NCBI RefSeq assembly: GCF_020745735.1 | Contig: NC_083430.1 | Coordinates: 28,262,909 to 28,326,908, forward strand | Source of the DNA: Hemiscyllium ocellatum | Taxonomy: Eukaryota | Reading direction: 5' to 3' | Length of the DNA: 64,000 nucleotides | In this document: positions 12,065 to 24,859 of the stretch, piece after piece | Layout of the letters: every line of letters starts with the position of its first letter | Position numbering within the stretch: the first letter of the stretch is position 1 | The notes under the pieces: model-generated | Told to the model about the DNA's origin: nothing | The model's database searches: none | The model's input: the letters and a program-made list of their open reading frames with translations, nothing else | Program-made: the position numbers and the translations under genes

Positions 12065-13350
12065 ATACATGGCCATCTCATGACTGACCAGCATTTTATT
12101 CCTTGCCCCTCATAGTCCTCGAAAAAAAAAATGGTGGTGAGCTGCATTCTTGAACTGCTAAAGTCCATGTGTGGCAGCTTGACACAAATGCCCAGAGGGA
12201 AGAAATTCCAGGATCCTAACACAACAACAGCCAAGGAAAAGCTATATACCTCTACGTTCGGCTGGTGAGTGTCTTGCAGGGGAACTTTCAGTGGTGGTGG
12301 CCCTATGTATCTGCTGCCCTTGTCCACCTGGATGCAAGTGGTCAGGGTTTGGACCTAAGGATCTTTGGTGAATTTCTGCAGTGCATTGTGTAAATGGTAC
12401 ACTGCTGCTACTGAGCTTTGATAGTGGAGGGCGTGGATGTGGTACCAATTAAATGAGTTGCCTTGACCTGGATGGTGTCAAGCTTTTTTCGAGTTGTGGG
12501 AGCTGCACTGACCTAGCCAAGTGGGAAATATTCCATCATGCGTCTTGTAGATTGTGGACCAGCTTTGGGAAGTCAGGAGGCGAGTTACTCACCACAGTAT
12601 TCCGAGCCTCTGATCTACTCTTGCAGCCACAGTTTATGTGGCATCCAGTTAGATTTTCTGGTCAATGATAATCCCCAGAATACAGATAGTGAGGGATTCA
12701 GTGATGGTAATACCACTGAACGTCAAGAGGCAGAAATTATACTGTCATTTATTGGAGACGTTCATTGCCTGGTATTTGTGTGGTCAAAGTGAGGACTGCA
12801 GATGCTGGAGATTAGAGTTGAGAGTGGTGCTGGAAAAGCTCAGCAGGTCAGGCAGCATCTGAGGAGGAGGAGAATAGAATGAGGTTTATGTCCGAAACGT
12901 CGATTGTCCCACTGCTCAGATGTTGCTTGACCTGCTGTTCCTTTCCAGCACCACATTCTGGTATTTGTGTGGTGCAAATATTACATGCCACCTGTCAGCC
13001 CAAGCCTAGATATCATCGAGATCTTGCTGCAATCGAACATAGACTGCTTTGGAATATAAGGAATTGTGAATCAACAGCGAACATCCCCACTTCTGAGCTT
13101 ATGTTAGAAGGAAGTCACCAATAAAGCAGCTGAAGAGACTTGGCCTAGAAAAACTACCCTGTGGAGCACCAATCTCCAACAACCACAACCACCTTCCTCT
13201 GTGCCAGGTATGACTCCAACTAGCAGAAGATTTTCCTGATACCCATGATTCCAATTTTTCTTGGGCTCCTTTTGCTAAACAGTCTTGATTTCAAGGGCTG
13301 TTACTCACAACTCATTCCTGGAATTCAGCTCTTCTGAGCCAAGGCTGTAA
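12065..13350 (-). mobile_element. Old LINE 3' fragment (CR1/L2 group), interrupted by a family A hairpin
   Basis: Colinear with the copy at 41170-41800; its 3' end (cagcattttattccttgcccct) resembles the tail of the SINE family at 34823 and 45720. Confidence 0.6.
12785..12957. mobile_element. Fold-back Penelope-type pseudo-LTR insertion (family A), diverged
   Basis: Inverted arms around a decayed core (ccgaaacgtcg retained); 16-bp TSD ctggtatttgtgtggt at 12769-12784 and 12958-12973. Confidence 0.8.
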
Positions 13351-14455
13351 TTCACATTTCTACATGTATTCTCTATTCCTTGGAACATTTTGCATGGGTG
13401 ACGATGAAATCAACAAAAGTAAATTTTCAATCTAGGTTCCCACATTTGATCTCTTATCAAAATGTGTCAAGCAAAAGTAAATATGGATATATACTGATAG
13501 CAGAGCAAGCAATGCATCTTAAAGGAGTGATTTTTAACATGATATTTTACAGTTCAGATGGTGAGTGTTGTTTAAATGACAAAATAGATGACTAAATAAA
13601 GGACAGATGGCAGAAATAACATATTTGGAAGTAGCCATTGTTGAAATAAAACATCCCAAGACATGATACAGAATTATTGCAAAGTAAAGTATGAATGACA
13701 ATGGGCCACTCATACAAGATACAGGACATGACTGAAGGCTTGGACAAAGTGGTAAATGCCATGTTGTGTCATCAGGAGAAAAATGAGGTAGGAAGGCTGA
13801 GGGGAATTCCAGGGGCTTGGGCCAAGTCAACTGACTACATGGCTCACCATTGATGAAGCAATGAAAATTGATGTTCCACAAGAGGCCAGGTGAGAAAAGG
13901 GCATTTCCATACTGTAGGGTTGGAGTTGATTACAAAAGATAGGTGTAAAATTATGAAAATAATTTAAAATTTCAGGATCAAAATTTTAATAATCAAGATA
14001 TTGTTCAAGTGACAGCCAATAAAGGTCAGTGAACACTGGTGTTTTCAGGTGACCTACAATGCAAATTGTATTGAAAGGAATGATGGAATTTTTGAATCTT
14101 AGTTGTAGCTACCGTACATAGTTGACATTTTATCATTGTAGTAACTGCAATTTAAAATTGCCACTCAACACACAAATGTATATTCACAAAACCAATTCCT
14201 GCCCAATGGTTAAATCCCTACAAGTGAAGATTTACTATCTTTGTCCAGACTTTCATAGAGTTCCCCAGTCTGGGCCCCTTTCTTCCATTTTCACACAAAC
14301 CACTAGCTCTATGTTGTTTGTCAAGGGCAGGGAATTTGATTGCACCTGTTGTATTGTACCCAAAAAACAGTAGATCATTTTGGGAAACAAAACTCTCACA
14401 TGTTGTTCATTTTGTGGAGCAAAACCCAATTTTAGAAGTTTCAAATTACACTCAC

Positions 14456-14620
14456 TTTGAATTGTTTTGCTTTCTTCGTCACAGCTGCTCGTATGGCATC
14501 CAGTGACAATTCTTCCTCTGCATTGAATTCATTCACATCATCCATTTCTGTTTCAAACAGGTCACTGTTGTTTAGCAGGCAGCCACTGTCATCTGCTGGC
14601 TTGTATTCTGTGGACTCTTC
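14456..14620 (-). CDS. CLSPN: Claspin coding exon 4 (EESTEYKPADDSGCLLNNSDLFETE...SLDAIRAAVTKKAKQFK)
   Basis: ctgttcAG acceptor, AAA|GTGAGT donor, 165 nt; matches recalled human DSGCLLVDKDLFETG...SLESIRAAVKNK. Confidence 0.93.
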
Positions 14621-14800
14621 CTGAACAGAAGTTAAAGAAATTCAGAAAAAAAATTAAATGAGATTAAGGTATTCACTATTTAATACTATCTTCAAAGAGC
14701 TCTCACAAATTTGTCTTGAAAGAGATCTTAAAATGTTGTATGGCTTAACAGTTCAAGTTTAACCTCTGAAGGCACTCTGTTAAGTATCTACTTTCCACAC

Positions 14801-15288
14801 CATTTTTTCTTGTTTTTTCTTCTTTCTCTTCAATTTCTCAACTGCTTTGAACGTTTTCTGCGCTTTCTCTCGTTGTCTCTGAGATTTGTCCTTCCGATTT
14901 CTTCGTTCCTTGCGATGTTTTGAATGTTCGGATGTTTCTAAGCTAACTGAAGAGCTATGTGAATCAGAGTTTTCATGTCTGGTTTCTGTTGTGGGCAGTG
15001 CCTCATTTTCACTACCAACACAACTAGGTTTTATTATTCTCACTTGGCCTTCACCATTAATAATATCCGAGTCACTTTCATCACTGTCCAACATTACTTT
15101 CCGAACACGCCGCAGCCTCTTGCTCTTATCTCCAGAATTAACACTTAAGTTTTGTTCTTCATTTTCACTCTCGCCATCTGATTTCGAATTGCTGTTTCTG
15201 TGTGGCTTGCATGCCTCCCCATCACTATCACTCTCTTGCAAAGGTTTCATTGTCATTTTCTTCCTGGTAAAAATTTCCTCTTCAGAAT
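14801..15288 (-). CDS. CLSPN: Claspin coding exon 3 (DSEEEIFTRKK...LQESDSD...DSDES...basic tract)
   Basis: Within ORF 14780..15328; catccAG acceptor, ATG|GTGTGG donor (an in-frame alternative lies 9 nt further); matches recalled human DSDEEIFVSKK...LQDSDSE. Confidence 0.9.
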
Positions 15289-15454
15289 CTGGATGAAGAC
15301 AAAAAAAGAACAAATCCACATTTTCCACATTATACTCTACTTGCCAACTTATCTTCCCACTTTACCCATTACCTCTGTAAACTGTTTGCAACCATCTCAC
15401 AGGTTGTCTTTCATGCTAGTTTTCTATCATCTGCAAATTTGCTTTCTTCCTTAA

Positions 15455-16370
15455 AGTCATTATTGCATATTGTAAATCAGCTGTGGTCCTAGCACAACTT
15501 CTGTATAACTCCATTGGTTACAGGTTGCAAACTTGAAAAAGCCCTTATGCCTATTCACTGTTTCCTGCTCATGAGCCAGTTCATTACCTCCAACACGATG
15601 GGCTCTGATCTTACGACTTAATGTTTGAGAGATATTTTATCGAACACCTTCTGGAAATACCAATACATCACACCCCTCTATCCATGCTGGTTGAGACTTC
15701 CTTGAAAAACTTGATTAAATTAGTCAGACATAATTTCCCGTCCATGAAGCCATGACTCTGCTCGAGTAAATTATGATTTTCCAAATTTTCTGCAATTACT
15801 TTCTTAATAATGGATTTCAACATTTTTCCAACAATAGGTGTTAGACTAACTGGCTGATAATTATATGCTGTTTGCCTCCCATTTTTTGATTAGAAGTGCC
15901 ATACTGGCAGCTTTCCAACCCTCCAGTACTTCCCCAGAATCCAAGGTATTTTGAAAAATTACAACCAACACATCCACTATCTCGACAGCAATCTCTTCTA
16001 GGATCTTAGTATGCAAGCCATCAAGGGTCAATGGACTTAAGTGCCTTTAGCCATATTAGCTTGTCCAATACTACTTTACTAGTGATGGTCCTTAATTCTT
16101 CCCCCATATTCTTTAGTCATGAGGATATCCTCCAAGTATCTTCCATGCAGATGATGCAAACTATTTGGTTAGCTACCCAGCTATTTGCTTGTTCCTCATA
16201 ACTATTCCCCCAGTTTCATTTTCTAAGGGGCCCATGTTCACTTTGACTTCTCTCTTTCTTTTTGTACATTTAAAAAAGCTCAGTTATGTTCACTAGTTTA
16301 CCTTTGAAGTTAATTTTCTCTCAATTTACTTTTTGTTCTCCCTTGATGATTTCTCTACTTATCCTAGTCT
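15455..16370 (-). mobile_element. Old CR1-type LINE reverse-transcriptase fragment
   Basis: Antisense similarity to 59450-60400 (ccatgaagccatg, gactaactggc, ctgtggtcctagcac). Confidence 0.65.
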
Positions 16371-16551
16371 AATTCTAATGTAAAAGCAGATAACTTCGAT
16401 CAATAAAGAATTAACATCCGAAATATTCACATTCACACTTACAGAAAATTTGTAATAAGCACTCCATAAAATAATGGATTTGATGATATTGAGAATTAAT
16501 GACTATTAACTTTGCAAGCTGAAAAATTCCAGACAAAAAAAAAGCACAAAC

Positions 16552-16660
16552 CTCCACTATTGTGACACGTTTCTTTGTTCGAACATGGGGAGACCATTCC
16601 ATAACTGCCCTTGCCACTGTCGTTATCGCTGTCATTTGTTTTTTCTTCACCAAATGTTAA
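16552..16660 (-). CDS. CLSPN: Claspin coding exon 2, carrying the beta-TrCP phosphodegron DSGKGS
   Basis: cttttcAG acceptor, GAG|GTTTGT donor, 109 nt; LTFGEEKTNDSDNDSGKGSYG matches human DSGQGSY. Confidence 0.9.
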
Positions 16661-17396
16661 CTGAAAAGAAATTACAAAATCAGGGCTTACTTTGGTTATA
16701 GCTCATTTGTTACAAAATCAGAATACTGAGCGAAATGGATTACAATCAAAGTGAGTACACAAAGACAGAAAATAAGAGACGTGTTACAACCATTGAGTTC
16801 CACTTCGAGGTCAATTTCAAACCAGAGCATCAAGCAAGATATTCTCTGCCTGATGGAGATCACAAACATTTGTATTTCTCAAAACAAGTCTTCAAACATT
16901 TTCAGCAAATAAATCACATACAGCTCAAAAAGAAGTTAGTTGACATAACCAGTTCATATTAAAGTTTATGCTGTACATGAAAGTCCTCCACCCAAATTCA
17001 TCTGATATAGCTAGCATAGTCTTTGATTTCTTTCTCCCTCAGATGGTTGTCTTAGCATTCCCTTAAAAGGCATATTTATTTGTTTCAACTGCTCATCGAT
17101 TTAGCAAGTTTCACACTGCAAACACAATTAAGTTAATAAATTTGCCCTGAATTTAAAAGTGATGATCAAGTTATTTGACCCTTCTTTTGAATATCTAACA
17201 ACCGGAAACGTGTGCTGCATCCATCTTATCAAACCTCTATAATTTTACAGCACATCATCACTCAGTCATCTCTCTTCTCAAAACGTTCCAGACAAGCAAG
17301 TCTTCGCTGCACCATCACCAATGATCTGTTAGCCTTTTAAACTCATTCAGAAACCTTGCTGAATTAATGGAGAGGTACAAAGTATTTGAAGTGGAA

Positions 17397-17748
17397 AATA
17401 GTGGTAATGTCACTGGACCTGTAATCCAGAAGCCTGGTGACAGGACTCAAATTCCACCATGACAGGTAATGGAATTTAAATTCAATAAATGAAATCTCGA
17501 ACTAAAAGCTAGTCTCATGAACCTGTAACTGTTTGCTGTAAAACCCCTGATTCACTAGTGTTCTTTCAGGATTTTCTCAAGGAAGGAAACCTCCCATCCT
17601 GATCTGGTATTGCCTGTGATAAAAGTCCAGAGTACATTGGCTGATTCTAAATTGCCTTCAGAAATGTCCAAGCAAGACACTTGGTCACAGAACAATTGGA
17701 CAGGCAACAAATATTGGCCTTGACAGTGATACTAATGAAAGAATTAAA
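17397..17748 (+). mobile_element. Second tRNA-derived SINE family
   Basis: gtggtaatgtcactggac...ctcaaattccaccatg head and LINE-like tail; related copies near 34823, 45720 and 61486. Confidence 0.65.
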
Positions 17749-18048
17749 ATTCAAGGTAAAAGCAGGGTAAATCTTACACTCTACATTGATACAACATGAA
17801 ATCAAAAGAATTAAAACTAATAACGCATCTCTATGCAGGCATGAAAGTTCAATTTACAAGTATCTTTGAAACTGACCATAAACATTTTCACTGCTTTCAA
17901 CAGCATTCACAAAAATTTCCATGTACTCAATAGTAATTGGACACATTTGACTTCACCATGTTTGAAAATGTAATCTACTGACCTCTATGGTAGAATATTT
18001 CTGTGAAGGATTTTGTAATAATTTGAAATCCATTACTTACTTTTATGA

Positions 18049-18242
18049 TGCTGAAAATGTGTTGCTGGTTAAAGCACAGCAGGTCAGGCAGCATCCAAGG
18101 AACAGGAAATTCGACGTTTCGGGCCAGAACCCTTCATCAGGCTCTGGCCCAAAACATCGAATTTCTGCCTGACCTGCTGTGCTTTAACCAGCAACACATT
18201 TTCAGCTCTGATCTCCAGCATCTGCAGACCTCACTTTTTACT
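18049..18242. mobile_element. Fold-back Penelope-type pseudo-LTR insertion (family A), opposite orientation to the 4790 copy
   Basis: Inverted arms; minus-strand core CTGATGAAGGGTTCTGGCCCGAAACGTC at 18113-18140; 13-bp TSD cttacttttatga at 18036-18048 and 18243-18255. Confidence 0.85.
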
Positions 18243-20049
18243 CTTACTTTTATGAACCATTGTTCTGGGTTAAGTAGCTCAGACAAGCCAAATATTACTG
18301 AAATGTGAAGTTGGAAGCGATTTAATTAATATTTTGCTTATAGCCAATTACATCCTCATACAATTCTACACCAAAAGGAATTCCATTGCTGAACTAAGAT
18401 TTGTGACGTTTTGTACTTATTTATTTGTGGTAACCGTTAACATGAATCAATTTGCTGACACCAGTTACAATCTGGTCAGTACTGCAACATAAGCAGTTTG
18501 AAATGAACAGTTGAAGTTGATTTTGTACCAACCTGCTCCGATATAAACTTTCACTGAAATGTAGAAAGTGTAAAAAAAATGTACAGAACCGATCACACTT
18601 TGTGTTCATGAAATGTCTTCCCATCCCTCGTAGCACCTATCACAGCCTAACAAATAGATAAATGGAGGAAGCAGCTGTAATACAGGACAGGTTTCCAGAA
18701 CATGGAACAAGTACCTCAAAAACCGCACAGCTGGTGAAATGTCAATACCTAATGTCATACTGGATGTTGAGACATTGCTTCACCATTCGGTCCAATATTT
18801 CTCAGCCGATGAACAGCATTCCATTTTAATACTGGCACTACTGAATTGAATTCAGTGATTAATTGTTGCTAGTACATGCGAGTGTGATAAAACTAATGTT
18901 AATGTTACATTTGATACTTGTGTGGGAACTTCCTATAGAAGCACACACGCTACTGTATTTGCGAAGTTAAACAAAGCTTTTAATCGTGTTCACAAAGAAC
19001 TGCATTGGGATTGTAAACAGAATTGCAGATGTTACTTATACATTGGTTGCATTAAATAATTAATCCAAAATACCTAAACCCCACCAAAAATTCCAACTCA
19101 AAATATTAAGTTATACTCGACCGCAAGTAGTTCGACCTTGCCCTCACTCAGTATTCACAAGCCGATTCACCATTGCACAATTTTAAGTACAAAAGCTAGC
19201 ATATCAAAATCCATTCTAGTCGACTGAACCTGGGACCCTGAAGATCTTATTCATTGCGTTATATCAAGACGAAACTATATCAAGTACTTTGGCTTACGCT
19301 TGCTAGCCCAATGATAAGTTACTATCTGGTTTGATAACAAGTTGCATACACGGAATTATGAAATAGCTTGAATTAGATCACTTCTCACTGTTCTGAACGC
19401 AATAGACTACGTGCTCATTCCACTCAATGGGAAGTAATACATGGAAGCAGTATGACTGTTCAAAAAGTTAAAAGTACCCAAGGCTTAACTTCACAGCCAC
19501 AACTGTATTTTCACCTTGCTAAGCTTTTCTTCATGCTGCCTCACGACTGCAAAGCAGTTATAAACATATCGTAGTACTATGTTCTACAAGTTGTGAAAAG
19601 GTTTAAAAGCAATGGAACTTAAGATCGCAAATCAATGAAAATAAAAAGTTGTGCAACAAAAGAACAGAATGAAAAAAAAGAACACAATGAGCGCCAACAA
19701 TTTTGGGCGGTGATTAAACAAAAGGGAGAAAACGTGAGGTATAATAATATGCTGCATCTAAATACCATAGGAAACCGCCAACTAACAACTCCCATCATCA
19801 GGATCACCTTGATTAACCTAAACCAACACCCGCCAAAAAAATAAATAAACTCACAACCGAGAACAGACAGACAGCGGGAAAAAGATAATCTGCACTGAGC
19901 GAGTACAAGACACAGGCAACCAGTCATTAAAATACGGGAGGCTTTTAATTGTAGAAACTGACATATTTAAACCCACCAGAGAGATTAAAAAGACCAGCTG
20001 ACAAGTCAGAAAGTGCCAACAGTTACAAGGCTTTTGTTTTATCTCTCAG

Positions 20050-20740
20050 GAGGAAGCGGGACGATTCGCCAGACAAAAGTACTGAGAAGAGTGAACTGCG
20101 GGTACAATGCCCAATGGATCCCAGAAGCAGAGACTGAGAGCGGAGGGCCCCCCGCACCGACCCCCGGCCCCAGCCAGCGCGCCAAGCCGGAGCCGGCCCA
20201 GCACAGCCTCCCTCCATTTTGCTCCTACCTCCGTGCACGGCTGCGGCTCGGACACCGACACCGACATCGCGGCACAATTAACGGAAAAATACTCGAACAA
20301 CAAAAGGCGGCAGGTCCAGAGGGTTCAGCAAATTGGCGCGTTCCGATTAAAATCACTTCATGCCGACCTTTAAAACTGAGCAGCTCCAGGCGCCAGCCGC
20401 GAGAAAGCTCAACCTCAAACTAACCAACTCTCCAGTTCGGCCTTCGCGCCCAGCCACACGGCGCATGCTCCATCACCGGAGCACCGCCCCCTCCGCTCCT
20501 GATTCGTGGCGGCCACGGACAGTAGCTCCGCCCAGTCGCTGTTGATTGGCTCCGACGTCGAAACAAGACCGCCCCTTCGGTGTCGAAGTGTCCCCGCCCA
20601 GAATTGTGATGTCACCAGAACACAAAGATTGACATTTCCACGCTGAGAGCTGGCGCCTGTCATTGGTTCTTCTTTCCCCACTGCTCTGCAGCGGTAAATT
20701 TGAAATCGAGTTCCTGATTAACTTGTAGGTTACCCTACCG
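20050..20740 (-). promoter_or_regulatory. CLSPN: CLSPN CpG-island promoter with E2F-like sites, CCAAT boxes and GC boxes
   Basis: CpG-rich island in a CpG-depleted background; ATTGGCGCG near 20332, TTTCTCGCGG (minus) near 20397-20406, minus-strand CCAAT near 20545 and 20662, ccgccc GC boxes. Confidence 0.8.
20229..20267 (-). CDS. CLSPN: Claspin coding exon 1 (MSVSVSEPQPCTE)
   Basis: ATG at 20267 inside the CpG island, GAG|GTAGGA donor, phase 0 joins exon 2 in frame. Confidence 0.8.
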
Positions 20741-20964
20741 TCACATAACCGAAATTGTTTTGCTTTTACGGTGCAGGGGTAGTGTCCCAAGCTCTAAGTC
20801 AATAAGCATAGTTTTAAGTTCCACCTGATCCAGAGGTAGTCCAAGGCTTCAGGGTATTAACAGAAAAAGGCAGGATAAATAAACCACTTTCACTGGTTGG
20901 AGACTCTCAAATGACAAAGCGTAATGTCAAAATTTGGCTTAGAGGAGGTTTCTTTCACAAATTG

Positions 20965-21408
20965 AGTCTTACAGATATACAGAGCTGAAAAATGTGTTGC
21001 TGGAAAAGTCCTCCAGTCCAACTGATCTATGCCAAACAGATATCCTAATCTAATCCCTCGAAACCCACCTATTCATACACTCATCCACATGCCTTTTAAA
21101 TATTGTAATTGTACCAGTCTCTACCACTACTTTCGGTAGCTCATTCCATACATACACCACCCTCTGCATGAAACCATTGCTACTAAGGTCCCTTTTAAAT
21201 GTTTTCCCTCTCACCTTGAATCTCTGCCATTAGTTTTAGTCGCCTCCCACACCAGGAAAAAGACCTTGTCTAGTCAACCTAACCATAACCCTTGTGATTT
21301 CAAAAACTCCTCCAAGGTCATCCCTCCACCTCTGCTGCTCCAAGGACAATAGCTCTAACCTGTTCAGCCTCTTCCTAAAGCACAAACCCTCCAACCCTGG
21401 CAATATCC
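20965..21408 (-). mobile_element. HER1/CR1 LINE 3' end (first half of an interrupted copy)
   Basis: Reverse complement of the tail seen at 22040-22500 and 24860-25140. Confidence 0.85.
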
Positions 21409-21419
21409 TACACTACTGC

Positions 21420-22502
21420 AGACTGGTTACCACGGTTAGATCTCATGGAATACTGGAAGAACTAGCCATTTGGATACAGAATTGGCTCAAAGGTAGAAGA
21501 CAGAGGGGAGTGTGGCACAAGGATCAGTGCTGGGTCCACTATTTTTCATCATTTATATACAAGATTTAGATATGAACATAGGAGGTATAGTTAATAAGTT
21601 TGCAGATAACACCAAAATTGGAGGTGTAGTGGACAGTGAAGAAGTTTACTTCCAATTACAACAGATCTTGATCAGCTGGGACAATGGGCTAAGGGGTGGC
21701 AGATGGAGTTTAATTTAGATGAATGTGAGGTGCTACATTTTAGGAAAGCAAATCTTAGCAGGACTTATACACTTAATGGTAAGGTCCTAGGGAATGTTGC
21801 TAAATCAAGAGACTTTGGAGTGCAGGTTCATAGCTCCTTGAAAGTAGAGTCATAGGTGGATAGGTTAGTGAAGGTGACGTTTGGTATGCTTTCCATTATT
21901 GGTCAGAATATTGAGTACAGGAGTTGAAGGTAATTGTACAGGACATTGGTTAGGCCACTTTTGGAATATTGCAGGCAATTCTGGTTTCCTTCCTATCGGA
22001 AGGATGTTGTGAAACTTGAATGGGTTCAGAAAAGATTTACAAAGGATGTTGCCTGTGTTGGAGGATTTGAGGTATAGGGAGAGGTTGAGTAGGCTGGGGC
22101 TGTTTTCTATGGTGCGTCAGAGGTTGACGGGTGACCTTATAGAGGTTTATTAAATCATGAGTGGCGTGGATAGGATAAATAGACAAAGTCGTTTCCCTGG
22201 GATAGGGGAGTCCAGAACTACAGGGTATAAGTTTAGGGTGAGGGGAAAGATATAAAAGGAACCTCAGGGACAGCTTTTTCACACAGAGGGTGGTGTGTGT
22301 ATGAACTGCCAGACGAAGTAGTGGTAGCTGGTACAATTGCAACATTTAAAAGGCATCTGGATGGGCATATGAATAGAAAGGGTTTGGAGGGATATGGGGC
22401 ATATGCAGGCAGGTGGGACTAGATTGGGTTGGGATATCTGGTCGGCCTGGACTAGTTGAACCAAAAGGATCCGTTTTCGTGCTATAGATCTATAGCTGTG
22501 AC
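21420..22502 (+). mobile_element. HER1/CR1 LINE, 5'-truncated RT and 3' end
   Basis: ORF remnants QGSVLGPLFFIIYI and KFADNTKIGG; CR1 3' tail. Confidence 0.9.
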
Positions 22503-22825
22503 TAAATCTTTTCTGAACCCTTTCCAGTTTCACAACATCCTTCCCACAGCAGGGAGACCAGGATTGTACACTGTATTCCCATAATGGCCTAACCAATGTC
22601 CTGTACAGCCACAACATGACCTTCCAACTCCTATGCTCAATACGCTGGCCAATAAAGACTTCTTGACTATCTAATCTACCTGTGTCTTCACTTTGAAGCA
22701 GCTATGAACCTACACTCTAAGGTCTCTTTGCACAGCAAACACTCAAGATCTTAAACTATTAAGTGTATAAATCCTGCCCTGCTTCACCTTTCCAAAAAAA
22801 AAAGAGGCAACTCATATTTACCTAA
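22503..22825 (-). mobile_element. HER1/CR1 LINE (second half of the interrupted copy)
   Basis: [19 protein letters not shown]...LERVQKRF on the minus strand; resumes where 21408 stops. Confidence 0.85.
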
Positions 22826-24047
22826 ATAACTACAAATGTAGATAATCTTTTATCAAGCAAAGGAATTAGGGATATAGGCCAAAGGCACGTATTTTGATTT
22901 CGGACACAGATCAGCTGACTGGCCTATTCCTGTTCTTTTGAGGAATCACATTCAGAAAATATGTAAAATCGATGTTTTTCCCCGTATAACAGACCATTAA
23001 TATAAAAAGCAATAATTCAATTATTTAGACAAATACTAACACATTGTAACGATTCCAAAGTTTAGCAATTTTTTTTTAAAAATACAAGCACCAAGCTTTA
23101 TTTAAATCTAGAACTGGAAAGTATGAAAGTTACATTAGCTAAAACTGTATTGGATCTTCAGATATTTCTGATTAACACAGAAAAGGAGAAATGGGGGCTC
23201 TTGTGATGCTGTCAGAGAATTTTTACCTTTGAGCCAGGAGGCTTGTGTTCAAGTCCGACCTGCGCCAGAACTATGTCATAATAGTTTTAATCACCCTGTA
23301 TCTGATCTATCTAATAAAATGCAAATGCTCAACTGGGACAAAACATTCACAAGGATAATACACAAACTACATAGATATACAATAAAGCAAATGTCTTGTA
23401 CAATGATATTGTCAGTTCTATTTCCCTCTTTCAACACGCTGTAGGGCACAGCATAACTACATAGGGCACAAATAGACCACAGTCACCAAGAAATCCAAAG
23501 GTGAATTCAGAACAAAAAAAACCTTTTGCACTTGAAGAACTGTAAAAAGGAACCACTCCCAGTCAGTAGTTGAAGTCAATAGCATGGGTGCAGATAAAGG
23601 ACAAGACAAGCATGTGAGAAAATAAAATGGGACATAGTTCAAATAGTTAGGCTGAGTGATCTTCTATGCTGGTTTCACTACACTTAACTGGTGCTCCCTG
23701 ACCGCTACAGAGTCTTTCCACCTTTCAGTAAACTCTTTCGATCCTATGGGAATGGATCCCATTTAAACAAGATGGAAACACAACTATGTTTAAAACAAAG
23801 ATTCATGTCTGAGTGAAGAATCAAAGATGGTGCAATACATGGCAGGAGCTCAATTCCAGACAACCTCTTTCCCAACCTGGAGTTAACAATGCACTGAGCG
23901 TTAATGTTGCTAAGGCACGTAAGAAAACAATATTTATAATTGGTATTGTTACAAGATCATTTAGTTCCATTAGACTGTAGTGATTGTAACAAGGTCAGCC
24001 AGGTGGACCTCAAAGAATGGAGTTCCCTGACTGGACCAGATTAATAG

Positions 24048-24206
24048 AGTTGAAAAATGTGGTGCTGGAAAAACACAGCAGGCCAGGCAGCATTCAAGGA
24101 GCAGGGGAATCATTCCTGAAGAAGGGCTTATGCCCAAACGTCGATTCTCCTGCTCCTCGGATGCTGCCTGGCCTGCTGTGCTTTTCCAGCACCACATTTT
24201 TCAACT
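24048..24206. mobile_element. Fold-back Penelope-type pseudo-LTR insertion (family A)
   Basis: Inverted arms; core cattcCTGAAGAagggcttatgccc-aaacgtc with the G of GAAA lost; 17-bp TSD ctggaccagattaatag at 24031-24047 and 24207-24223. Confidence 0.85.
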
Positions 24207-24362
24207 CTGGACCAGATTAATAGCCCCAAATCAGGGGTCCTGATTGGCAGATAGAAACAAGAATGTCAGGACGTTCTGTTCACAGAACTGGCTCTTGGGA
24301 AACTGGATCAGTGTCAAGTACTTTCCATGTGTAAATAAAGGGTGATGGGATACCAGCCTCTT

Positions 24363-24717
24363 ACAGAATCACAGAATCCCTAATGTGGAAGCAGAGCATT
24401 TAGCCTGAGTCCACACCAACCTTTTGAAAAGCATCCCATCCAGACACACCATCTACCCTATCCATGTAACCCTGCATTTCCCATGGTTAATCCAGCTCAC
24501 CTCCAAATGCCTGAATGTTATGGGCAACTCAGCATGGCCAATCCACCTAACTTGTGCATCTCTGGATTATGGGAGGAAATCAGAGCACTCGGAGGAAACC
24601 CATGCAGACATGGAGAGAACGTAAGAAGTCCACACAGACAGTTGCCAGAGGCTGGAATCAGACCTGGGTTCCTGACACTGAGACAACTATGCTAACCACT
24701 AATCTACCGTGCCACCT
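24363..24717 (-). mobile_element. HE1-type V-SINE
   Basis: Reverse complement of the HE1 head (gctaaccact...ccgtgcc), V-domain and tail. Confidence 0.85.
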
Positions 24718-24859
24718 CAGTGGAGTTATTTCAGACCATAAGATTAGAAGTAGAAGTGTCATCTAGTTCATCAAGAGACTGTGGATGATCTGATAAACCT
24801 CAACTCCACTTGCCTACTACCCTTGATTCCCTTTCCTTTTAAAAAAAATCTGTCTGCTT

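Noticed and set aside
13768-13775. Isolated CTGATGA hits (minus strand here; plus strand near 9457, 44419, 47654 and 61961)
   Set aside because: No helix II plus GAAA at hammerhead spacing.
14886-15296. 136-aa plus-strand ORF (also 2093..2383 and 3972..4199)
   Set aside because: Antisense shadows of CLSPN exons.
20500-21000. Possible divergent gene (for example AGO4) from the CLSPN CpG island
   Set aside because: No recognisable plus-strand exon; the sequence passes directly into LINE debris and then the NCDN 3' region.
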